A stretch of 37,183 nt of DNA from positions 1 to 37,183 of IMG/VR virus record IMGVR_UViG_3300044724_005005. One strand, 5' to 3'. A program made the position numbers and the translations under genes. This document shows, piece after piece, positions 1 to 8,565 of this stretch. Origin of the DNA: a virus (taxonomy: Duplodnaviria; Caudoviricetes). How positions within the stretch are numbered: position 1 is the first letter of the stretch; the number at the start of each line of letters is the position of its first letter. The notes beneath the pieces were generated by a model. The model saw only the letters and a program-made list of their open reading frames with translations. It had not been told where the DNA came from and ran no database searches.

Positions 1-2
1 CT

Positions 3-13
3 ATTATAACACA
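3..13 (-). promoter_or_regulatory. Extended -10 promoter element pointing out of the window
   Basis: TGTGTTATAAT on the minus strand; the same 11-mer occurs in the intergenic gap at 19010-19020. Confidence 0.5.
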
Positions 14-14
14 A

Positions 15-48
15 GAGGCGGAACCAGTTCTACAACCAGTTCCGCCCC
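15..48 (-). terminator. Hairpin, probable intrinsic terminator downstream of the fibre gene
   Basis: Minus strand GGGGCGGAACTGGTT-GTAG-AACTGGTTCCGCCTC (15-bp stem with G-U pairs) followed by TTGTGTT; the U-tract is imperfect. Confidence 0.6.
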
Positions 49-146
49 CTGTCGGGTATTTCCTGCCTGCACGGCGGAGTAACTACTGATCCCAACTGTC
101 GTCTGGACCCGCAGTAGCGCCACGAGTATTTCCCCGTGACATCTTA

Positions 147-1937
147 TCAGCCAATGACAACCACTCGGAGAGAGTCAGTGGCTGGGGCTGTAGAGAACGT
201 CAACGTGACCGCATTCGTGCTTGTTCGATCAACGTCACAGATGACGGTTTCTTTCGTGGTAGCGTCGTAGACTTCTACGGCAACGTCGTCGGTCCCGAAG
301 TTATGTGTGACAGCGATAGACGTAGCGGCGTTATCACCGATCGTCTCAGCATGCCGGGTAACGAAACCAAGATTGGTTTTCGCACCGGCAGCGGTCGAAG
401 CGCCTGTACCACCGTGGGCAACAGCAATATCAGTTGCTTCCCACACACCCGTAGCGATTGTCCCTAGAGCAGTCAACGACGAGGTAACAACCGACGAGTT
501 AAGTTCAGTACCAGTCAGCGTGCCCGCAGCAGCGGTTACCGTGATGTTTGCTGTACCGTCGAACGAAGTACCATTGATCGTCCGGGCAGTCTCCAAAGCG
601 GTAGCAGTAGCAGCGTTGCCGCTAGTGTCCTGATTACCGGCGGTGTTAACACCCGGCAAGTTGATGTTTGCAGTACCATCGAACGAAACGCCACCGATAG
701 TGCGAGCCGTTTCAAGAGCCGTAGCAGTATCAGCATTACCGGTAACATCACCAGTAACGTTACCAGTGACAGCACCTTCCAGGGTACCCACGACCAGCGT
801 AGCCGCCGTGTAACCCGCACCGCCCGTGTTAACAGTCGTGGTAGGCTCTGCCTGAAGGTCAACGAACAGCTTAAACTTGCCGCTGTCGTTAGCATCACGG
901 AAAAGACCAGCGTAAAGGTCCTGCGAGCCAGACGTGTCGTACAGGCCGTAGAAACCAATGTCTACCGAGTCGGTAGCGCTGTTTCCGTTAGCAAGAACAA
1001 TCAGCGGGTCTTCAACAGAAAGCGTAGCTGTGTTTACCGTGGTAGTATCGCCGTTTACCGTAAGGTTACCGGAAATGGTAACGTTGTCAGGTAGCCCAAT
1101 CGTAATGTCACCAGTGCCAGCGCTTACCTCAACCTCGCCTGCGGTGCCAGTAAGGCTAGTAACACCGCTAGAACCAATCAAGTCGCTGATCGCCGCTGAA
1201 GTCATAAGCGACGTGTCGTTGTCAGCAAAAGATTCGCCGCTTGTCTGGACCGTTGTCAGCGCTACGCTGTCAAACGTGAACGTGTCTGTGGCTTGAATTG
1301 TTAGGCCACCGTTAGCAGTAATAAGACCTGAAACAGTCAAGCTCCCAAGCGTGCCAACACTCGTGAGAGACGAGCCTGTTACGCCAGAGTTAAGAGTAGA
1401 GCCTGAAAGGTTATTTGCGTCGATGTTAATGTTTGCTGTACCGTCAAAGGACGCGCCAGCAATTGTTCGAGCCGTTTCCAGGGCGGTAGCTGTCGCAGCG
1501 TTACCGCTCGTGTCCTGAGTACCAGCGGTGTTTACACCCGGAAGGTCAATGTTTGCCGTACCATCAAACGAGACGCCGCCAATCGTGCGGGCGGTTTCAA
1601 GAGCAGTAGCCGTGTCGGCATTACCAGTAAGGGCACCAGTAAAGCCGGTTGAAGTTACAGAAGTCAGGCCGGTAATAGTCGTATCTAGATTTACAGTTAC
1701 GGCACCTGTCGTACCGCCGCCGTTAAGGTTAGTGCCAGCAGTAACAGCAGTAATGTCACCCTGCTCCTGCAGACCAACCCACGCAGAACCGTCATAAACA
1801 TAAAGCTCACCATCTACAGTATCAAAGTAGATTTGACCAGTAGCAGGACTTGACGGAGCCGTAGCCAGGTTCTGAACCTTGGCATTCTGCAGCTCATTTT
1901 TATTCAAATCAAGATTAGTTAAGAATTTTTGGGCCAC
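147..1937 (-). CDS. Tail fibre / virion structural protein with internal repeats
   Basis: 596 aa, T/G/A/S-rich; four copies of ATALETARTIxGxSFDGTANI, a phage fibre repeat type; GGAGG RBS. Confidence 0.75.
   Translation of the reverse strand: MAQKFLTNLDLNKNELQNAKVQNLATAPSSPATGQIYFDTVDGELYVYDGSAWVGLQEQGDITAVTAGTNLNGGGTTGAVTVNLDTTITGLTSVTSTGFTGALTGNADTATALETARTIGGVSFDGTANIDLPGVNTAGTQDTSGNAATATALETARTIAGASFDGTANINIDANNLSGSTLNSGVTGSSLTSVGTLGSLTVSGLITANGGLTIQATDTFTFDSVALTTVQTSGESFADNDTSLMTSAAISDLIGSSGVTSLTGTAGEVEVSAGTGDITIGLPDNVTISGNLTVNGDTTTVNTATLSVEDPLIVLANGNSATDSVDIGFYGLYDTSGSQDLYAGLFRDANDSGKFKLFVDLQAEPTTTVNTGGAGYTAATLVVGTLEGAVTGNVTGDVTGNADTATALETARTIGGVSFDGTANINLPGVNTAGNQDTSGNAATATALETARTINGTSFDGTANITVTAAAGTLTGTELNSSVVTSSLTALGTIATGVWEATDIAVAHGGTGASTAAGAKTNLGFVTRHAETIGDNAATSIAVTHNFGTDDVAVEVYDATTKETVICDVDRTSTNAVTLTFSTAPATDSLRVVVIG
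543..740 (-). repeat. Second copy of a 66-aa duplicated block in the fibre gene (first copy 1428-1625)
   Basis: GNADTATALETARTIGGVSFDGTANI[D/N]LPGVNTAG[T/N]QDTSGNAATATALETARTI[A/N]G[A/T]SFDGTANI occurs twice; the DNA differs mostly at synonymous sites. Confidence 0.95.
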
Positions 1938-1947
1938 TTTTCCTCCA

Positions 1948-2424
1948 TCAAGTTAAATAAGCCAAACCAGTAAAAGACCCCTGAAAGTCAACCGTGACAC
2001 TACTGGTACTATTATATGTTACCTTACCAATGACAACTGTCCCTGCAGAATCAACAACAGTTACCGACGGATAACCATCCAACGTATGCGAAATAGTCCA
2101 GCTGCTAGAAGCAACCGATTGAGTATGAGTATATCTCTTCGGGATCAGCGGTAAAGCCTCAACTTCCCACGAACTCGCCCCCTTAGGGCCATACAACTTG
2201 CCGTTAGAAACATCAACGTAAAAATCGCCCTCCGAGCCAGTAGCATCAGAAGGCACACCGTTGGAATAAAACAGACTAGAGGCCGCACCCGCATCGTTAA
2301 CAAACGTGGCCGCAACAACAGTGACCGAATTACCGTCCGTCTCAGAAACACTAACCGAATTAATAACGTCTGTTACAGAAACGGTATTCGTTGCCTCTTC
2401 AATTGATACCGTATAATCAGACAT
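1948..2424 (-). CDS. Virion/fibre accessory protein
   Basis: 158 aa; GDFYVDxxxGxLYGPK and YTHTQxxASxxWTIxHxLxxYPSVTVVDS motifs are typical of phage fibre-associated proteins. Confidence 0.6.
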   Translation of the reverse strand: MSDYTVSIEEATNTVSVTDVINSVSVSETDGNSVTVVAATFVNDAGAASSLFYSNGVPSDATGSEGDFYVDVSNGKLYGPKGASSWEVEALPLIPKRYTHTQSVASSSWTISHTLDGYPSVTVVDSAGTVVIGKVTYNSTSSVTVDFQGSFTGLAYLT

Positions 2425-2425
2425 T

Positions 2426-2770
2426 TCAGGACCCTACTATAAAGTTACCTTTAACTAATCGCAAAACCCCAGCTTTGGCACCAGCACTAACCAACTCCAA
2501 ATCGTAGACGTAGGTGTCGGCAGCAATTGACCCGGTTTCTTCACTGGAAAGACTTATTGTTATTGTACCAGTACTAGAGTCGTGGCTAAGCCTACCATTG
2601 GAAGTAGTTAGCTCAATTACGGTATCGTCAGACGCAACAGTCCTACGGACATGCATTCGTGAGTCCCAGTAGGCTAAATCCGACATTGTTTCATCAGGAT
2701 TTTTCACTAAAAGGTCCACGCTTAACGCCGACCCCTTAGTGCAGTTGATCGTCAAGTTTCCTGCCGTCAT
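2426..2770 (-). CDS. Small beta-sandwich virion adaptor (BppU/LtfC-like); paralogue of 10901-11245
   Basis: RMHVRRT...IELTTSNGR...GTITISLS...YVYDLEL...RLVKGNF pattern; ATGA overlap with the upstream gene. Confidence 0.65.
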   Translation of the reverse strand: MTAGNLTINCTKGSALSVDLLVKNPDETMSDLAYWDSRMHVRRTVASDDTVIELTTSNGRLSHDSSTGTITISLSSEETGSIAADTYVYDLELVSAGAKAGVLRLVKGNFIVGS

Positions 2771-3096
2771 TCTCCCATAAACCCCATGTTACCCATAGCC
2801 AAGTAGTCGTCGGCTGTCATAATCATGCCCCGGCTAACCCACTCGGGCAGATTATCTGACGTTACGACCATAAGCTGCGCCTCACCGTCAGCGTTAATAA
2901 TCTCACCGATAAACACGAAGTTACCTAGGACGCCGATGTCGTCACCACGCTCTTCAAAAACTTTAGATACGAGATTGTGAACAATTTCTTGAGACGAACA
3001 CTCTTCCGTGTCTTGCAGGGCAGAAGCCACCATGTCGAGAATGTCATCAATCGAATCCTCGTCGTCACGGTCTTTAAACGGTACGTCCTCTGCCAT
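2767..3096 (-). CDS. Hypothetical protein (acidic)
   Basis: 109-aa ORF tightly packed in the operon. Confidence 0.7.
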   Translation of the reverse strand: MAEDVPFKDRDDEDSIDDILDMVASALQDTEECSSQEIVHNLVSKVFEERGDDIGVLGNFVFIGEIINADGEAQLMVVTSDNLPEWVSRGMIMTADDYLAMGNMGFMGE

Positions 3097-3120
3097 TATG
3101 CCCTCGTATCTCTCAGGAAC

Positions 3121-3405
3121 TCACTCTGGATCTCCAGAAGTAAGCTCGTTGTTTTTCCGTTCCAAATTCACAATTTCTTCCTGCAGATGATGAATAATGT
3201 ACCGAAGTCTATTATTTTCTTTCCGCTGTAAAGCATATTCTATACGACTTTGCTTAACTAAATCTAGCCATACAAAGTCTTGTGCAGCGTCTACTTCCAT
3301 GTTGAGTTTTTTGTTTTTGACTCTGCTTGAAAGAATAATGCCAGTAAACGTTACCCCTGAACCGACAAGGGCAGGGATAGTCATGCTCATGAATTCAGAC
3401 CACAT
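3121..3405 (-). CDS. Membrane protein with coiled coil (possible holin-associated protein)
   Basis: N-terminal hydrophobic segment IPALVGSGVTFTGIIL, then a basic patch and a heptad-rich C-terminus. Confidence 0.5.
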   Translation of the reverse strand: MWSEFMSMTIPALVGSGVTFTGIILSSRVKNKKLNMEVDAAQDFVWLDLVKQSRIEYALQRKENNRLRYIIHHLQEEIVNLERKNNELTSGDPE

Positions 3406-3426
3406 GCCTGCCCCCTTTGTGTTTAT

Positions 3427-4164
3427 TTAGTAGTCAAGTGTTACTTCTAAGCGTGGACGTTTGAAATAAGTCAGAATGTAGAAGCTTGTGTCTGTGTTGT
3501 CGTAAAGGGCGCTGTAGTTGGTGTCGTTACCGCCAGGATAAGTAAGACTACCTACGTTATTGACGTTTCCTACTACTAGTGAAGCCCCGTCGGCTACTTC
3601 TTCAATTAGACTCTGACTTAACTCCGAAGCTATGATCTCGGACTGAGCAGCCCAACCACCTACCGCAAGAGTAAACTGATGCGCAGTGTTAAAGGAAGGT
3701 ACGCCACTACCTAAGGTTGAGGTGCTGTGTCCAATGTAGTAAGGGTTAGCTCCGGAAGGGATGGTGCCGTAGCCGCCAGTATCTCGATACAGATGTAATT
3801 TAGCAGAAGTTACAGTACCTCTTGTTGCTAAAGCATCACTCAAAGTTTCATTGGTCGTCAAAGAAACATCAGCGTCAAATGCGTAAGCGGACGTGTCATT
3901 GAATTCAAAAAACGACATGTGGTCACCGAAACCATAGGATCCCACACGCAACTCACTACGCCAACCAGACGTGCGATACGCTTGATCGTCTGAAGGATAA
4001 AAGTTATATGTTACGGGATCTGATTTTTGCCAAGCAACCTGCCAGCCCCCATCATAATACTGTAAATTCTTAGCTGCACTCCAACCACCCGAGTAGACCT
4101 GTACAGCCTCCCCGTTAGGCACCTGCACCCAAGATGATCCGTTATATCTATGTAAAGAAGGCAT
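3427..4164 (-). CDS. Minor tail/fibre-associated protein
   Basis: 245 aa; N-terminal YNGSSWVQV/YSGGW/YDGGWQ repeats; TAATG coupling to the upstream fibre gene. Confidence 0.6.
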   Translation of the reverse strand: MPSLHRYNGSSWVQVPNGEAVQVYSGGWSAAKNLQYYDGGWQVAWQKSDPVTYNFYPSDDQAYRTSGWRSELRVGSYGFGDHMSFFEFNDTSAYAFDADVSLTTNETLSDALATRGTVTSAKLHLYRDTGGYGTIPSGANPYYIGHSTSTLGSGVPSFNTAHQFTLAVGGWAAQSEIIASELSQSLIEEVADGASLVVGNVNNVGSLTYPGGNDTNYSALYDNTDTSFYILTYFKRPRLEVTLDY

Positions 4165-5270
4165 TATGAACTCGTATTAATCCACAAATCGTTAGTAGAT
4201 GATTCACCAGAGGTTGGTTCGCCGTTTTGAACAAAAATTTTAGTAACAGCACCATGCGCATGTGAACTATCGTTAACCGTTACGCTCATAGAAGCAGTAT
4301 CGCCGGTACCGATCGACGTGGCAGTAGTAGTAACATCACCAGTAAGCTGAAGCTTGTTTACGCTAGTAAGGCCCGTAGCGTCACCTTCAAACTCAGAGGC
4401 TGCAACTTTACCGCCGGATAAACCCAGTAAATTCAAGCCAGGGTTATAGTAAAAGTTTCCATTTACCCTTTGGCTTTGATTACCACTGACAGAAGTTACA
4501 AACGTAGGGTAAAAGAGCGTACCGCTTGTCTGATGAGTTATGGCAGTGTTTGTAGCCACATCAGCAGTACCAGTTACATCACCAGTCAAATCTCCCACAA
4601 AATTATCAGCAGTCAACGTGTTAGAACTCGCATTATAGGACAGATCTGTGTCCCTTCGTGCTCTTGTATTCCCAGTACCGGTAGCAAACAAAAGATAAGC
4701 CGTGCTGCTACTATTATCTGCAAGAACATTAACATTCGTAGAGTTCGTAGCGTCATCAGCTGTAGCCGCATTACCGCTCGTGTCCAACGACAAAGAACCA
4801 CTCAGCTTAGAAGCATCCAAATCAGCAATTTTCGCATCGACAATAGCTTCCGCACCGATACGATCCATATTTATCGTACCAGTCAACTTCGTAGCAGCCA
4901 TCGTATCAATCATAGCATTAGTAATAGCACCAGCAGCAATACTATGCTTATGCTCAGCATACGCCAAACCAGACGCAGACGTACCAGCAGACGCCGTACC
5001 ATCAATCTCACCAATATTACCATCCGTAGTATTCTCTACCGCAATATCAGCCCACGCCGTACCATTACAATACGACAACTGGCCAGTAGTCGAATAATGG
5101 AAAAAGCCCTTATATGCTGCAGCCGCAGCAGGACGAGAAGCCGCCTGACTATAACCAGCCACACGATCCTCCAGCTCCTCATGAGAAGCATCCATTTGCG
5201 CACGAGTAAGAGCATCAGTACCCGCACTCCAACGATAAATATTTAAACGAGTTGTCTGTGTAACAGCCAT
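4164..5270 (-). CDS. Tail fibre protein
   Basis: 368 aa; LDASKLSG, GNAATA, GDLTGDVTGTAD, LTGDVT and C-terminal PTSGESSTNDLWI fibre motifs; GGAGG RBS. Confidence 0.7.
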   Translation of the reverse strand: MAVTQTTRLNIYRWSAGTDALTRAQMDASHEELEDRVAGYSQAASRPAAAAAYKGFFHYSTTGQLSYCNGTAWADIAVENTTDGNIGEIDGTASAGTSASGLAYAEHKHSIAAGAITNAMIDTMAATKLTGTINMDRIGAEAIVDAKIADLDASKLSGSLSLDTSGNAATADDATNSTNVNVLADNSSSTAYLLFATGTGNTRARRDTDLSYNASSNTLTADNFVGDLTGDVTGTADVATNTAITHQTSGTLFYPTFVTSVSGNQSQRVNGNFYYNPGLNLLGLSGGKVAASEFEGDATGLTSVNKLQLTGDVTTTATSIGTGDTASMSVTVNDSSHAHGAVTKIFVQNGEPTSGESSTNDLWINTSS

Positions 5271-5297
5271 AATGAAGCCTCCTGTAACAATATTTTA

Positions 5298-8200
5298 CTA
5301 GGAAATCTCGGTTCCCAATAGTGTAATCTCAATATCAGACAAACGTCTGTCGAAAAATGCGAATTCAGCCAAACCAAAGCGAGCGTTAAACTCGCTAGCT
5401 GCTCCCTGACCAAACGTGGCAGAGTTAGTAGCTGTTGTAAATGTAGAGGCAACCGCTGCTGTTGCTGTTGACTCCGAAGTGCCGTCTACGATTAGTTCTA
5501 GGCCGTTGGCGGGGTCTCTACGGACTACTAACCAATGCCAGTCACCGAACGAGGGGCTTTCAGTCCAAGTCACGGTTTCTGTGTTGGTGTTGTCTGTAAA
5601 CGTTGCTTTGATAGCTCCGTCGTCGTAGAAGACACGCAACCCTTGGTTGGTGGTATTTTCGAGACGGAAAATTTCGTATGTTCCGCTGGTCCAGAAACGC
5701 CGCACCTGTAACAGTACCGAGAATGGGTGGTAGCTTTCGAGAGACGGAGGGTTGTGCATACTTGGTGAACCTTCGTATACATGCAGAATGTCACGATCGA
5801 CTACTTGGCTGGGTGCGTATGCTGTGCTGGAAGATCCAGGGTAGCTTCTGGTTAATGTCCACGTGTTAGCGGGCGTAACAGAGTCGGCACCTGTGGTCGC
5901 TGTTGATGCGATCGTGCCAGGAAGGAACGTTGCCACGCTTGACCCGCCGCCGCTTGGCTGAACGTCAATTTGTGTTACAGTTATTCCCTGATAGAGCGCT
6001 GAAGCGCCGTCATAGTCGTCCTGCGCCGTGATGGTGAGAACGCCTGAAACGTCTGTCGTAAAGTCGGTAAAATCAGCAGTTGACGTAGAACCATCTGAAG
6101 GATCAACGACTGTCGGAATAACTCTGTACGCTGTCGAAGCAGAAAGGCCATCAATGGAAAGCGAATCGCCTCCAGAAGCAGCAGCACCAAAGTACCAAAC
6201 GTCCGCACCCGACAACTGACGCATAGCCAACACATCCAAATCATTAGACGAAGCCTGATTAACCGTCAACGTAACCGAAGCACCCCCGCTGTCAGTTGCC
6301 GTAAACGAATCAGCGTAAACAGCGACCGCAGAAAGGTCAATATCGAGCGTGGGCGAGTACACATACATGCCGAAATCATCAACATCATCACCGCCCACAT
6401 ATGCGTGAGCAGAAGACGAAGTATCAGACGAACCCGTAAACGAAATCGGCGCGTCAAACACAAGCACACGTTTCACACCGCAAGAAACCGGTGTAGCGTC
6501 AGCCCAATCATCGGTAGCGTTAAGCTGCCCTAAAATTTGGATGCCAGCATCCGCTCCAGCCGAAGCCGAATCCGGAGTGAACGTAGAACTACCGACAGCG
6601 TTAGAGTCCCAATCGTCATACAGCGAACCTTGAGCATAGAACGAAACAGTAGCATCACTAGCTGACAAAGCTGATCTAGAAACACGCAACACATACTGAC
6701 CCGTAGCGCCAATGCTGTTGAAATCAATCGGGTCCGACACAGCGTAGTTCGCTGCCCCTACAGCCTCGTAGCCGTCAACAAGCAGAAGCCTAACGTCAGT
6801 GTCAGGGCCGGAAGTATGGCCTGAAACTAAGTAAACAGCCCAGTCGTTATCTGAGCTACTTGAGTCGGTACCGCACGCTAATAGATACTTTTCACGGTAC
6901 AGCCAGTCGGCAGGAGTGTTTCCGCCGTCGCCAGCAGTATCAACCGCCGCAGAAGGCAGCGTAATATCTGTTAAAACAAAAACTAGATCGTATCCTGCAG
7001 ACGAGCCACCCAAATCTAAAGTAGCAGTATCGCTGCTCGTAATCGACCCGTAAGTTGAGCTAGACATATCGCCATAGAAGTATTGCGAATCAGCGCTGTA
7101 ATGCGAGTCGCCCACGCCGCCACCGATCTCAACAACAGTATTTGAAGATGTTTCGTTAAGTCGAATATGTCGAGCGAAGTTACGTTCATCCGAAATAAAC
7201 GATTTGCCGTAAATGTCTACACCGCCAGCCGCAGAATTAGAATGCGTGGCAGGGTAAAGCAAACTCGTCATATCGTAAGACACATCGCCCGAGTTAGCTG
7301 CTTCAGAAACTTTAGTAGCGAACGCCCCGGTAGACAAGCTGCTGTTTACAGCGTCAGTAATGAAACTACCTGCTGAGTCGGGATCTAACGTAGGATCAAC
7401 GAGGACACTCAACTGGAATGGGTTTTCCATAGCGTTTTTGTTTACAACAACCACAGCAGCATCTGGCGATGCTGTGTCGAGCAGGGTACGAATATAACTT
7501 ACGATCGTATCGGCACGACCTGCGTTGATTCCTGAGAAACCTGTTCGGATCTGATCACGGAAACCTTGGATCGTATCAAAGAAATCAGGATCTAAGCTTT
7601 GAAGAGCAATCCAGTCAGCTAATGTTTCAAAATCTTCCCATTCGCCAGGGTTTGTGTCCGAATCACCGTCATAATCTTCCAACGCAGCCCATGGGGTAAA
7701 ACCAGAAGAAGAAGACAACAAAGTCGTGGCTGTAATGGATGCTAACCAAAACAGATAGGCAGCGTCTACAGTATCCGGGTCAGTGAGCTTAGATTTACTT
7801 TCGGTACCTTCGGTAGCTCTTGTGTATTGAAAACTAGCGGCGGTATCCGCAATCTGGTCAAGGTATACACACAACAGTTCCACAAATCGTTTCAGTGGAA
7901 ACGGGATTTGGTTTGATCCTTTAAGTGATTGAATATTTGCGTCATCTAAACGCATAAACTCTGGCAGGTCTCGGTAAACTTTATAAGAAACGTAGCCGTA
8001 ACCTTCGTAGTGGTCTTCACACACGAACGGGTCAAATAACGTTATTTTGTCACCTGAGCTTAAGTTGGCAGCAGATGCTCCAGTAAACGTAATTTTTATT
8101 TTTAGCAGGGTTGTTTCAGTGACGCTTTCTTCAGACAGAAATAAATAGCTGAACGTTCCATTGCTTAAAGAAGCTGTAAAAGATTTGGATCCAGTAGTAG

Positions 8201-8552
8201 GTGATGCGTCTGTACTAGATTTATAAAATTTGTACTCAATAGTTGCTTCCGTAGAAGCGTTGGAAGCTACAGCAATGGAAGCCAAATAACTTCTGGCCTC
8301 AACCACCGTAACAAAAGGCGACTCAATAACAAGCGAAGCTTGTGTGGAGTCTGATTCAAAGCGTAAAGAGTTTCCGGTGTATGCGGCAGCGAATGCGCTG
8401 CCAGGAACGTATTTGTTGTAGAATGGCGTGTTACGCAAAAAGGTTATGGTTGCTGAGCCTGAAGATAGAGTCCAACCGCCGTAGTCGCTGTCTTGTGGCG
8501 TACCAAAATTGTTCTCTGTGTCTGAAAAACCGTTGTATGTTCTTAGAGCCAT
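5298..8552 (-). CDS. Large baseplate wedge/tail protein (P2 gpI-like core) with C-terminal LamG/concanavalin-like domain
   Basis: Follows baseplate J; LPEFMRxxD...PLKRFV...LTDPDTVDAAYLFWLA is gpI-like; C-terminal WHWLVVRR...LIVDG...LAEFAFFDRRLSDIEI is LamG-like. Confidence 0.65.
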   Translation of the reverse strand: MALRTYNGFSDTENNFGTPQDSDYGGWTLSSGSATITFLRNTPFYNKYVPGSAFAAAYTGNSLRFESDSTQASLVIESPFVTVVEARSYLASIAVASNASTEATIEYKFYKSSTDASPTTGSKSFTASLSNGTFSYLFLSEESVTETTLLKIKITFTGASAANLSSGDKITLFDPFVCEDHYEGYGYVSYKVYRDLPEFMRLDDANIQSLKGSNQIPFPLKRFVELLCVYLDQIADTAASFQYTRATEGTESKSKLTDPDTVDAAYLFWLASITATTLLSSSSGFTPWAALEDYDGDSDTNPGEWEDFETLADWIALQSLDPDFFDTIQGFRDQIRTGFSGINAGRADTIVSYIRTLLDTASPDAAVVVVNKNAMENPFQLSVLVDPTLDPDSAGSFITDAVNSSLSTGAFATKVSEAANSGDVSYDMTSLLYPATHSNSAAGGVDIYGKSFISDERNFARHIRLNETSSNTVVEIGGGVGDSHYSADSQYFYGDMSSSTYGSITSSDTATLDLGGSSAGYDLVFVLTDITLPSAAVDTAGDGGNTPADWLYREKYLLACGTDSSSSDNDWAVYLVSGHTSGPDTDVRLLLVDGYEAVGAANYAVSDPIDFNSIGATGQYVLRVSRSALSASDATVSFYAQGSLYDDWDSNAVGSSTFTPDSASAGADAGIQILGQLNATDDWADATPVSCGVKRVLVFDAPISFTGSSDTSSSAHAYVGGDDVDDFGMYVYSPTLDIDLSAVAVYADSFTATDSGGASVTLTVNQASSNDLDVLAMRQLSGADVWYFGAAASGGDSLSIDGLSASTAYRVIPTVVDPSDGSTSTADFTDFTTDVSGVLTITAQDDYDGASALYQGITVTQIDVQPSGGGSSVATFLPGTIASTATTGADSVTPANTWTLTRSYPGSSSTAYAPSQVVDRDILHVYEGSPSMHNPPSLESYHPFSVLLQVRRFWTSGTYEIFRLENTTNQGLRVFYDDGAIKATFTDNTNTETVTWTESPSFGDWHWLVVRRDPANGLELIVDGTSESTATAAVASTFTTATNSATFGQGAASEFNARFGLAEFAFFDRRLSDIEITLLGTEIS

Positions 8553-8565
8553 GCTGAAATCCCAA

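Noticed and set aside
543-1625. Duplicated fibre blocks as a diversity-generating retroelement TR/VR pair
   Set aside because: Both copies are in-frame in one gene, differences are mostly synonymous and not adenine-specific, and there is no reverse transcriptase in the window.
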